A stretch of DNA of 48,378 nt, taken from assembly GCA_023254095.1 (NCBI GenBank), contig JALNLM010000010.1, positions 1 through 48,378 on the forward strand, read 5' to 3'. Of the stretch, positions 38,312 through 46,976 are shown piece by piece. Every line of letters begins with the position of its first letter. Position 1 is the first letter of the stretch. The notes below the pieces were generated by a model. The model made no database searches and was not told where the DNA came from. It was given only the letters and a program-made list of their open reading frames with translations. The translations under genes and the position numbers were made by a program. This DNA comes from Candidatus Geocrenenecus huangii. Its GTDB lineage: Archaea; Thermoproteota; Nitrososphaeria_A; Caldarchaeales; Wolframiiraptoraceae.

Positions 38312-39272
38312 GATTAGAGAGATCTTAAACACCTTAAAGGATGTCGACGTTGACAAAGTCTTGCAGGCCGTGCAGGATAGGGTAAAAGTATATCCTACAC
38401 CACATTATCTACCGATTCACATAGAATATCTTAATGAGCTAGATCAGAAAGAAAACTTCTGTGGCGCGTTTAGTGCATCATACATCTTGAGAGGTTTAGG
38501 CTACAGGACCCACAGAAATGAAATAGTAGACCAAGACTATATAGCGTATCTTTCAAGAGTAAACGTAGACCCAAGAGACTTAGAAAAAATTAGGAAATTA
38601 AAGAATGAGATAGCTAGTTTATCAGGAGAAGAAGCTAGAAAGATTGTTGAGGAGAACAGAAGTATATGGTATAGGTTTGATGATCTTCCAACAACTGTGA
38701 AGTCTCAGGAGCTTGGCGCTAGCCCTGAAGGAATCACTTACGCAATCCATGAAGTAAGCATGTCTAAGCTTAAAGTAATACCTGTGAAGACCGTTAGTAA
38801 GACTGAGGATGAGCTCTTATCAAGCGAGAAAATGGCCGTCCTTCTAGAATTATTCAAGAAAGCTGAAGTATACAATGCACAGTTTATACTAAACTTGAAC
38901 ACGAGATACTTGTTAGACTCTGAGAAGATCTTTAAGTTATCAGAGAAGCTTCTGTTGGGAGAAGTGTTCCAAGAAGTTTATAGAGAAAGTGTTGGGCACT
39001 ATGTTGGATGTGCTGGCTTGATAGAAGTTAACGATAAGCCTTTAATCATTATAAGAGAAACGTATCGGAAGTATGGAGTACATCTTCAACCTGCAGAATA
39101 TGTTAGAAGAGCTCTAATAAGAGAGGATGGAAGGGAAGGTGGAGTCCTAATCATTGTTCCAGCAGATTTAGAAAAGGATCTTAAGAAGATGCTGAGTGAT
39201 AGAGGATTAAGGGTGGAGACTTGGGATAATGGAAGCCCATATACTCCGTTTACCAGCCGGCGAACCTTCTAA
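38295..39272 (+). CDS. Uncharacterised papain-fold-like Cys hydrolase
   Basis: Q-x4-CG (QKENFCGAF) followed by a helix, GHYV, IRETY; overlaps the GS-like gene by 17 bp. Confidence 0.6.
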   Translation: MSQYSKIREILNTLKDVDVDKVLQAVQDRVKVYPTPHYLPIHIEYLNELDQKENFCGAFSASYILRGLGYRTHRNEIVDQDYIAYLSRVNVDPRDLEKIRKLKNEIASLSGEEARKIVEENRSIWYRFDDLPTTVKSQELGASPEGITYAIHEVSMSKLKVIPVKTVSKTEDELLSSEKMAVLLELFKKAEVYNAQFILNLNTRYLLDSEKIFKLSEKLLLGEVFQEVYRESVGHYVGCAGLIEVNDKPLIIIRETYRKYGVHLQPAEYVRRALIREDGREGGVLIIVPADLEKDLKKMLSDRGLRVETWDNGSPYTPFTSRRTF

Positions 39273-40584
39273 CCTTCTCTTTATCTATTCTATCTTTTTC
39301 TAAGTCGTCCACAGCTTTTTCAAATATTTCTAATGCTTTCTCTACATCTTCACTACTCACCGTTAAGGGTGGGGTAATCTCTATGACGTTAGAATATGTT
39401 CCTACGTAAGTAACGAGTAGACCGAGCTCGAAGGCTCTATAGACGAGGCAGGCAGCCTCGAAGGTAGCGGGTGTCTTCGCTTTAGGGTCTTTAACCAGCT
39501 CAGCTCCTAAGATCATCCCCTTACCTCTAACATCACCTATTAGTTGATGTTTTTCTCTTATCTCGTTAAGCCTCTTCAAGATGTAGTCTCCCACTCTAGC
39601 AGCTCTTTCATGAATTTTATCTCTCAAGATTATGTTTATGGTTGCTAATGAAGCGACACAGCTAACTGGATGAGCGCTACTTGTGAAGAGATGGGCCGCT
39701 ATAGCCGCGTCCATGATCTCTCCTCTTCCGACGACCGCGCTTAGAGGGAGTCCGGAGGCCATGGGTTTAGCCATAGATATAACGTCTGGAGCCACATTTG
39801 AATGTTCTATAGCGAAGAACTTGCCTGTTCTTCCAAATCCGACTTTAACTTCATCGACGACTAAGCTTATCCCTCGATGCTTACAGATCTTATGTAGTTT
39901 GGGGATGAATTCTGGAGGTGGAACGATTACTCCGCCATCGCTTTGTATAGGCTCAATAATTATTGCAGATAAGTCTTCAGCTGGAGCATTCTCTATAACA
40001 TTATTCTCAAGAAAGTCTATACATAGTAACCCACATTCTGGATATTGTTGCTTGAATGGACATCTATAACAATAAGGATATGGAGCCTTCAAGGTGTTTG
40101 GGAATCCGATAAATCTTGTTAATGCTTTATGCCCAGATAAGCTCAGAGCCCCCATAGTCTGTCCATGATAAGATCCCTGAAATCCAAGCAGCCTCCTTCT
40201 ACCAGAATATATAGGCATTATCTTATAGATTAACTCATTAGCATCTGAGCCTGTTAAACCAAACCATACCTTCTTCTTGAAATCTCCAGGTGTTACCTCT
40301 ACTAATCTTTCAGCTAATTCTATTCCCACAGCGTTTGGGAAAGTAGTATGAGATGAGAATACTAACTTTTCTAGTTGTTTCTTCACTGCCTCGATTACTT
40401 CTGGGTTATTATGTCCTAGATTCGTTACAGCCCATTGCGATGAGAAATCTATATACTCTCTACCTTCTACATCCCAGATCTTTGAATTAAAAGCTCTATC
40501 AACTACTATTGGATAAAATCTTATACCTATAATTCTGCCAACTACACGTTCTTCTCTCTCCAAGTATTCAAGTACGCTAGACAT
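39250..40584 (-). CDS. Class III PLP aminotransferase (GABA/putrescine transaminase-like)
   Basis: DVEGREYIDF, LGH, GSDANE, SYHGQT, EPIQSDGG, DEVKVGFGRTG, MAKP. Confidence 0.9.
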   Translation of the reverse strand: MSSVLEYLEREERVVGRIIGIRFYPIVVDRAFNSKIWDVEGREYIDFSSQWAVTNLGHNNPEVIEAVKKQLEKLVFSSHTTFPNAVGIELAERLVEVTPGDFKKKVWFGLTGSDANELIYKIMPIYSGRRRLLGFQGSYHGQTMGALSLSGHKALTRFIGFPNTLKAPYPYCYRCPFKQQYPECGLLCIDFLENNVIENAPAEDLSAIIIEPIQSDGGVIVPPPEFIPKLHKICKHRGISLVVDEVKVGFGRTGKFFAIEHSNVAPDVISMAKPMASGLPLSAVVGRGEIMDAAIAAHLFTSSAHPVSCVASLATINIILRDKIHERAARVGDYILKRLNEIREKHQLIGDVRGKGMILGAELVKDPKAKTPATFEAACLVYRAFELGLLVTYVGTYSNVIEITPPLTVSSEDVEKALEIFEKAVDDLEKDRIDKEKVRRFAGW

Positions 40585-40638
40585 GCTTATAGTATCCCTC
40601 TTATGCCATATAAATTTATAAACATCTAGACTATTAAA

Positions 40639-41463
40639 ATGCCCGGAGTAAGGTTGATAGACGAATTTTCATCTAAAGTATTGAAGACAGCTCTCGAAAT
40701 CGTTGATGCAGCTCATAATAGAGGTGTAGTAGCAAGGATCTTGGGAGCAGTAGCGACGTACCTCCATTGCTGTAACGATACCCAGGCTCTAACATTCATC
40801 AAAAACGCGGGGAGACTTACTACCGGAAAGGTATTTACAGACGTGGACCTAATAGCTTACAGTAAGCAGCGGAAACAATTAGTAAACCTTATGAGAGAAT
40901 TGAATTTTGATGAGAATAAAATTATAAACGCATTGTTCGGATATAAGAGATTGTTGTTCTTTAAAGATCAGGTAAAAGTCGATATATTCTTTGATAAACT
41001 AGAATTCAGCCATGATGTATTTTTTGGGAGTGAGCCAGGTAAAGGAAGGCTTGAAATAGATTATCCCACAATAAGCTTAACAGACTTGATGTTAGAGAAG
41101 CTCCAGATACATCAAATAAATAAGAAAGATATAATCGATATAATAGCGGTCTTGATAGTGCATGATGTAGGCGATACAACTGAAAAAGAGGTCATAGATG
41201 GGAAGTATATAGGGAGCATATTGTCCGATGATTGGGGCTTCTGGTATGACGCACTTGAAAATTTGAAGAAAGTTGAGTACTTCGTAAATAAATTTAGAGA
41301 AGAGAACCTGTTGAGTTCTGACCAATCTACTAAGGTTCTCCAAAATATTGAAAAGATTAAGATAGCTATTGAAAATACTGAGAAGACTAAGAACTGGATT
41401 AAACGCTCTAAGATAGGTACCTCAAAACCATGGTATAGGGAAGTTGAAGATTTGAATGTTTAA
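40639..41463 (+). CDS. Stand-alone Pol-beta-superfamily nucleotidyltransferase-like protein
   Basis: ILGAVA (hG[GS]-like), TDVDL, KVDIF third Asp, C-terminal LEKL...KKDIID helix motif. Confidence 0.7.
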   Translation: MPGVRLIDEFSSKVLKTALEIVDAAHNRGVVARILGAVATYLHCCNDTQALTFIKNAGRLTTGKVFTDVDLIAYSKQRKQLVNLMRELNFDENKIINALFGYKRLLFFKDQVKVDIFFDKLEFSHDVFFGSEPGKGRLEIDYPTISLTDLMLEKLQIHQINKKDIIDIIAVLIVHDVGDTTEKEVIDGKYIGSILSDDWGFWYDALENLKKVEYFVNKFREENLLSSDQSTKVLQNIEKIKIAIENTEKTKNWIKRSKIGTSKPWYREVEDLNV

Positions 41464-41548
41464 CGATAATTTATATCTTTTACTGTTTTCCGTGGCCAAA
41501 GATAATAGTTTTTAAGAAACTTTAACGTATATCGTATGGTGAAACTTT

Positions 41549-42733
41549 ATGGTGAAGTTAATCCAGTTTTATAGCCCTCGAGGCTTAAAGCTCTCTAGGG
41601 CGGAAAACCAGTATGTATGGGATACCAATGGAAGAAAATATCTAGATTGTCATACTCAGTACGGGTCAATCTTTCTAGGACATAGAAACCCGAAGATAAC
41701 AAACGCTATCAAAGAACAGATCGATAAGATTTACGGAGCATATCCGGCATTTGATACAGAAGCTAAAGAGAAAGCATTAGAAAGTCTAAGCAAGATTCTC
41801 CCAAGAAAACTTGAATACGTATACATGTTGAACGGGGGAGGAGAAGCAGTAGAATTAGCATTAAAGATTACTAGAAAAATTACAGGAAGAAAGAAATTCA
41901 TCTCCTTCATCAATGCATTTCATGGAAGAACAATGGGGGCCTTATCTGTTACATGGAATCCAAAATACAGAGAGGGATACGATCCATTCCCATGGGATGT
42001 AAAATTCCTACCATACAATAAGGTTGAAGAACTGGAGAAAGAAGTAGACGATGGAATAGCCGGGGTCATCGTTGAAGTAATACAGGGAGAAGGGGGGCTG
42101 AATGAGGGATCAGTAGAATTCCTGAAAGCTATTAGAGAAGCATGTGATAAGGCGGGGGCACAGATGATTATAGACGAGGTCCAGACAGGCTTCGGTAGAA
42201 CAGGATATCTCTGGGCACATCAGATCGCAAACGTAGAACCCGACATACTAGTAGCAGGGAAAGCTATAGGAGGAGGATTTCCAGTAAGCTTAACTGCTGT
42301 TAAAACAGAACTTGGAGAAAAACTAAAAGAAGGAGACCATGGATCAACTTTTGGAGGAAATCCGATTGCATGTGCAGCCTTAACAGCCTCCATTCAAGTC
42401 TTACTAGAAGAAAAAGTAGTAGAAAGGGTAGCTCAAACAGGCAGGATATTTAGAGAAAGTCTTGAAAAGGTTAAGGAAGATTTTGGAGAAGTTGTAAGAG
42501 AAGTAAAGGGCCGGGGATTGTTCCTCGGCATAGAGACAAGATTTGAACCTACATCTATACTAAAACTATTACAAGATAATGGTGTGATAGCTTTAAGAGC
42601 TGGAAGACTGGTAGTAAGATTCCTACCTCCATACATGATATCTACAAAAGACATAGAGTATGCGGTGGGAACGCTTAGAAATGTTCTAAGCCAGGTAAAA
42701 GAAGAAAAAATAGTAACGAAAACACAAACCTAG
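41549..42733 (+). CDS. lysJ: [LysW]-aminoadipate/glutamate semialdehyde transaminase (ArgD family)
   Basis: AFHGRTMGALSVTWNPKYR, IQGEGG, DEVQTG, AGKAIGGG, HGSTFGGNP, RFLPP. Confidence 0.9.
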   Translation: MVKLIQFYSPRGLKLSRAENQYVWDTNGRKYLDCHTQYGSIFLGHRNPKITNAIKEQIDKIYGAYPAFDTEAKEKALESLSKILPRKLEYVYMLNGGGEAVELALKITRKITGRKKFISFINAFHGRTMGALSVTWNPKYREGYDPFPWDVKFLPYNKVEELEKEVDDGIAGVIVEVIQGEGGLNEGSVEFLKAIREACDKAGAQMIIDEVQTGFGRTGYLWAHQIANVEPDILVAGKAIGGGFPVSLTAVKTELGEKLKEGDHGSTFGGNPIACAALTASIQVLLEEKVVERVAQTGRIFRESLEKVKEDFGEVVREVKGRGLFLGIETRFEPTSILKLLQDNGVIALRAGRLVVRFLPPYMISTKDIEYAVGTLRNVLSQVKEEKIVTKTQT

Positions 42734-42804
42734 ATAAGACAATTTTGAGTAAGGAAATACGTGGCCCCTCAATTTTTATTCGATCTGAAACATTCCTTAA
42801 GGAC

Positions 42805-43332
42805 TTATCTCCACTTTTTCAATAGATACTTATTCCACACTTGGGCCGTTATGTATCCTCCAGCGAATCCGTTTAGCACGCCTCCGATAAGTATCATTAG
42901 ATACAGGGATGGCGCCCAAGGCATCATGCCCACCATTACGGTAACATACATGCTTGCACCTCCTAAAATTGCGGAAGCAATAGACAACGCGATCATGAGC
43001 CTCCATGTATTAACCGGTGCAGAAGAAGTCTTTACTCTAAATAAAGAGATAAAACAATCAATCATAAGTCCATAGATTAGAGCAAACAAAAATGTAAATG
43101 GAAAGAATGCTGGTCTCCAAAACTGCGTAAGTAAGCCTGAGACTATTCCCGTCATCGTTCCACCAAATCTTCCAACCATGAAATTAGCCAAAGTATAGAA
43201 AATCACTTGAAGGATTATCATAAACTTATCGATTGGGGATGGTAGGAAAACCTTCGAGATGAAAACAACAATAGATGAAAGAGCCAAAATAGGAATCCTC
43301 CGAGAAACTCTTTGACCGATCTTATACGTCAT
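42805..43332 (-). CDS. Polytopic membrane protein, ECF S-component-like
   Basis: 175 aa, 5-6 TM helices, G-x-x-G...G-x-x-x-G and YGL.ID pattern. Confidence 0.55.
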   Translation of the reverse strand: MTYKIGQRVSRRIPILALSSIVVFISKVFLPSPIDKFMIILQVIFYTLANFMVGRFGGTMTGIVSGLLTQFWRPAFFPFTFLFALIYGLMIDCFISLFRVKTSSAPVNTWRLMIALSIASAILGGASMYVTVMVGMMPWAPSLYLMILIGGVLNGFAGGYITAQVWNKYLLKKWR

Positions 43333-43413
43333 GCTGGAAATACAAATCTTCTGGAAATATAAAAATTACCTAACAATTACATGTTAAAATATTGGGTTTA
43401 CATATATTGATAT

Positions 43414-43479
43414 GCCCTCAGATGATGATAATGACCTGCACAGAACTCGATGAAGATCATGCACCTTACTGAAGAGGGT
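43414..43479 (+). ncRNA. Box C/D methylation-guide sRNA (double guide, 16S rRNA helix 34)
   Basis: C ATGATGA 43422-28; guide TAATGACCTGCA; D' CAGA 43441-44; C' ATGAAGA 43450-56; guide TCATGCACCTTA; D CTGA 43469-72; terminal stem GCCCTC/GAGGGT. Confidence 0.9.
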
Positions 43480-43543
43480 GTAGATAAGCTGAAAAGAAAT
43501 CATATTACCTGCTACGTCCCTAAATAAGCCGATTGTTCAAGAC

Positions 43544-43588
43544 ATTCATGATGATGGGGAAACTTTACTAGGTAGAAGTCATCTGAAT
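43544..43588 (+). promoter_or_regulatory. Possible K-turn/C-D motif hairpin in the moaD leader
   Basis: ATGATGA 43548-54 and CTGA 43583-86 inside an ATTCATGATGA/TCATCTGAAT inverted repeat; no clear C'/D' boxes. Confidence 0.3.
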
Positions 43589-43601
43589 ACATGTAGGTGA
43601 A

Positions 43602-43868
43602 ATGATTATAGAATTCATAGGGCCATTGAAGAAGATTGCCGGTGCAGGAAGACTAGAATTAACGATAGATAGAGAGATGAAGCTTATAGAGATATTGAAG
43701 ATCCTTCCTGAACCTATTAGGAAGAGAGTATTGGAATCATCTGGAAAGCTCTCTCCGGATATAATATTTTTAGTCAATGATGTAGAAGTTAAGAGTCTAG
43801 GTTTAGAAAATATTTCTGTTAAACCCAGCGACAAAATAGTTATGATACCGATCATACATGGTGGGTGA
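43602..43868 (+). CDS. moaD: MoaD/ThiS/SAMP ubiquitin-like sulfur carrier
   Basis: 88 aa beta-grasp pattern, FLVND, C-terminal HGG; AGGTGA SD directly upstream. Confidence 0.85.
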   Translation: MIIEFIGPLKKIAGAGRLELTIDREMKLIEILKILPEPIRKRVLESSGKLSPDIIFLVNDVEVKSLGLENISVKPSDKIVMIPIIHGG

Positions 43869-44033
43869 AAAGCAGACGATATTGGTGAAGTTGATATAGT
43901 AAAATATCCGTGATCCTCTATATGGTTGAGATAAGCTGGATAATGTTGGAAGATGAATTTCTAGAAAAATTGTTGTATACGTAGCTTGAAGCTTATATCA
44001 TGGTTAAAGACCAAGAGTATATAGTGGATCGTT

Positions 44034-44594
44034 TTGGAGAGAGTGGAGTATCGTGGATACCATGTCGCTGTGGGAGTATATCGCTTACTTGGTAAAGATC
44101 GTATTGAGAACTTTGAGAGAATAATTGATGAGCTGTCTGGAGGCGACGTCATTATAGAGTTGTTCAATTCAGAATTCATTATCTCTCTAAAACAGATAGT
44201 ATTCGCAGCTCTCTCCGCCATCAATGCATTCCTTTCTGAATCGAACATAGCTAGAAGCCTCGGTATCGAGATACTTCTCAGACTTTCGTCTGAGACTCAG
44301 ATAGATAGAGCAATAGATAAGATTGGAGTGAACAAGAATGTTGACGAGGTCGGCGTATGTATTGTGAGTAAAGATATAGACAAATTGGAAGAAACGATGA
44401 GAAGTTTACTTCAAAAGATAAGTACTGTAGAGATAACTGAGGAATCACTACATTCTATAGATAGGGTAAAGAAAACAGTAGAATTCTACAACATAAGACG
44501 GGAAGAAGTTGAATCCATTCAAGCTAGAGACTTCTACGAGGCAGTCTTACTCATAGTATTAGAGAAGATAGCTACAGTTGACGTTGAAAGATAG
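44034..44594 (+). CDS. cgi121: KEOPS complex subunit Cgi121
   Basis: NIARSLGIEILLRLSSETQIDRAIDKIG and C-terminal LEKIA. Confidence 0.88.
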   Translation: MERVEYRGYHVAVGVYRLLGKDRIENFERIIDELSGGDVIIELFNSEFIISLKQIVFAALSAINAFLSESNIARSLGIEILLRLSSETQIDRAIDKIGVNKNVDEVGVCIVSKDIDKLEETMRSLLQKISTVEITEESLHSIDRVKKTVEFYNIRREEVESIQARDFYEAVLLIVLEKIATVDVER

Positions 44595-44615
44595 CTTCTC
44601 ATAGAATTCTTTTCA

Positions 44616-45260
44616 CTATTCTAACGCTTTCAGAACATGTTGTAGGAAGAGTGCTTCCGGTACTGCGCCCTCGAAGAAGATCTCTTCATTTATCACCGTT
44701 TTCGGAACAGCTAGAACATTGTATCTACCTGATAATTCTTGGAATTCTAGTGCCTCAATCATGTCTCCTGTTATTAGAGTATTCTCTATAGCGAATTGAT
44801 GTGCGAGCCTCACTACTCGAGGGCAGTATGGGCAAGATGGTGTAACAAAAACTTGAATATGTACTGGTTTATCGATTTTCTTTAGTACTTCTTTAGTTTT
44901 ACTCGTTAATCTACTAGTATTTCTAGAGACGTCTACTATGTCTTCTATGAGTGTTGAGAATTCGTATCCGGACGGTAGACCGAAGAATCTAACACCATAT
45001 TCTTTCTCACCGAACAATAGTATTGCGGGAACTTTATCTACACGCCATCTAGTAGCTAATTCTTTATCTTCATCAATGTCGTAGACTTCTTTACGTATTC
45101 TAGTAGAGGTTGAAGAAACTTCCTCGATCAATTGCTCAGCCGTCTCACAGTATTCACAATCCTCTTTCTTCTTGAAGAGAATCACCCTCACAATGTTTCC
45201 TAACTCTTTCTCAAACTTGTTTACTAAGAATTCTCTATCTTCCTTCTTTAGTAATGACAT
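44616..45260 (-). CDS. pdo: Protein disulfide oxidoreductase (two thioredoxin units)
   Basis: CEYC and CPYC motifs, GLPSGYEF, FEGAVPE. Confidence 0.9.
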   Translation of the reverse strand: MSLLKKEDREFLVNKFEKELGNIVRVILFKKKEDCEYCETAEQLIEEVSSTSTRIRKEVYDIDEDKELATRWRVDKVPAILLFGEKEYGVRFFGLPSGYEFSTLIEDIVDVSRNTSRLTSKTKEVLKKIDKPVHIQVFVTPSCPYCPRVVRLAHQFAIENTLITGDMIEALEFQELSGRYNVLAVPKTVINEEIFFEGAVPEALFLQHVLKALE

Positions 45261-45319
45261 CCTTAGGATATAACTTTCTAATCACTAAATAAATATTCCG
45301 CATGAACAAAAACCGCATA

Positions 45320-46492
45320 TTACTTTTGAATGTAGTTGTAGAGTTTTTCAAGAGGTTTATATTCGTCGACTTTGACCCCCAAGCTTATAAGTATCCTGGT
45401 TAAAGCTGATATGGTATAGAGGATGTAAGGTGGTGTAGCTGTTAATCCCATATGACCTATTCTGAAAGATTTTCCTTCAAGTTGTCCTAGACCCCCAGAA
45501 ATCATTATATTGAATTTCTCTAACAATCCTCTAACTATCTTGTTGCATAATCCTTCAGGAGATCTTACTGCTGTAACGGTTGGTGAAGCGTATTCCTCAG
45601 GTGCAACTATTTCCAAATCCATTGCTCTTATGGCCTCCCTAAAGGCTGCAGCTATTCTTCTATGCCTTTCATATCTATTCTCTAAGCCTTCGTTCAATGC
45701 TATTTTTAGTGCTTCCCGTAACCCAACAATACTATGGGTTGGAACAGTTGATGGATACGGGTGGCCAATGGGTCTCCATTTATCCATGTATGTTTTCCAT
45801 ACACTTAAATCTAAGAACCAGGATGAAGGCTTCCATACTCTATCTTCTACAAATCTGAAAACTTCGTAGCTTATAGCTACTGGAGCTATTCCGGGCACCG
45901 AAGATAATGCTTTCCCAGCGTATCCTACACAATAATCTATATTCCAATCATCAACCCGGAGCTCTACTGCCCCATATGAAGAAATAGCATCAACGATATA
46001 GAATAGATTGTTTTCTTTAGCTATCCTACCGTAAACCATTATCGGGTTACTGACCCCGGTGGATGTTTCATTATGGACAACCGCTAATCCCTTTACGTCT
46101 TTATGAGTCTTCAAAACGTCTTCTACGTATCTAGGCTCAACGACCTTACCATACTCGGCTTTAAGAGATATAACTCTACATCCTAGATGTAGCGCCATCT
46201 CTTCGATCCTTTCACCGAAGAAACCATTAGAAATGACTATGATCTTCTCGCCAGGCGCTATGAGGTTAGCTATACCCATTTCTAGGGCTGCTGAACCAGG
46301 TCCAGGAAAGATTATTACTTCTCCACTTGTATTAAATACTTCAGCTGCAAGCTTAGTAGTTTCTTCATAGATTTCACCCCATTCCTTACCATAGTGTGGA
46401 TAAACAGGCATGGAAACTGAAGCCAGAACCTCATATGGAACTTCAGTGGGGCCAGGGATCATCAAAATAGGTTTACGGGTACATCTATTCAT
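45320..46492 (-). CDS. Class V PLP aminotransferase (alanine-glyoxylate/serine-pyruvate family)
   Basis: LMIPGPT, VHNETSTG, VDAISS, GKAL, FRIGHMG. Confidence 0.9.
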   Translation of the reverse strand: MNRCTRKPILMIPGPTEVPYEVLASVSMPVYPHYGKEWGEIYEETTKLAAEVFNTSGEVIIFPGPGSAALEMGIANLIAPGEKIIVISNGFFGERIEEMALHLGCRVISLKAEYGKVVEPRYVEDVLKTHKDVKGLAVVHNETSTGVSNPIMVYGRIAKENNLFYIVDAISSYGAVELRVDDWNIDYCVGYAGKALSSVPGIAPVAISYEVFRFVEDRVWKPSSWFLDLSVWKTYMDKWRPIGHPYPSTVPTHSIVGLREALKIALNEGLENRYERHRRIAAAFREAIRAMDLEIVAPEEYASPTVTAVRSPEGLCNKIVRGLLEKFNIMISGGLGQLEGKSFRIGHMGLTATPPYILYTISALTRILISLGVKVDEYKPLEKLYNYIQK

Positions 46493-46508
46493 TCACAAAT
46501 CTCACATC

Positions 46509-46976
46509 TTACCTCGATCTATTCTTATCTATATATTTTTCCCCATTTCCTTCAGGCTTCATTGCATGATAATATTGTTTCGGATTCTCTGCAGCTTCTC
46601 TTGCCAGCCTATCAGCTTCCCTATTTTCTACTCTACTTATATGCATTATCTTGAACTTCTTAATATTCTTCATCAATTCCTGCACCTCTCTATACAACCT
46701 TCTTATCTTCTCATCTCTTACATTGTATTCTTTATTGATCTGCTTAACTAGGAGCTCGCTGTCAGAGTAGAGCTCAACTTCATCTGCACCCAATCTAGAA
46801 GCTATTTCGAGAGATTTGATCAAAGCTAAGTATTCTGCCTCATTATTAGTCCTTAAACCTATGTAATCTGAGGATCTAAAGATCTCCCGTCCCTCTTCAT
46901 TATAGATTATTAACCCTATCCCAGATGGACCAGGATTACCTTGAGAAGACCCGTCGAAGAATATCTTCAGCTTCAA
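46509..46976 (-). CDS. rnhA: Ribonuclease HI
   Basis: FDGSSQGNPG, TNNEAEY, SDSELL, NREAD.LA. Confidence 0.93.
   Translation of the reverse strand: MKLKIFFDGSSQGNPGPSGIGLIIYNEEGREIFRSSDYIGLRTNNEAEYLALIKSLEIASRLGADEVELYSDSELLVKQINKEYNVRDEKIRRLYREVQELMKNIKKFKIMHISRVENREADRLAREAAENPKQYYHAMKPEGNGEKYIDKNRSR

Noticed and set aside
32378-41463. Integrative element inserted at tRNA-Thr
   Set aside because: No integrase and no duplicated tRNA fragment (att site) seen; the island lies at the tRNA 5' side
43570-43630. Minus-strand GATGACTTCTAC resembling the 3' part of a fluoride riboswitch
   Set aside because: The required 5' GGxGATG stem and pseudoknot partner are absent, and the region is antisense to moaD
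128-46751. Many 60-208 aa ORFs antisense to or nested in recognised genes (e.g. 4941-5567, 5774-6256, 9474-9887, 17616-18059, 27133-27537)
   Set aside because: Ser/Ile/Phe-rich shadow frames of well-supported genes, with no motifs
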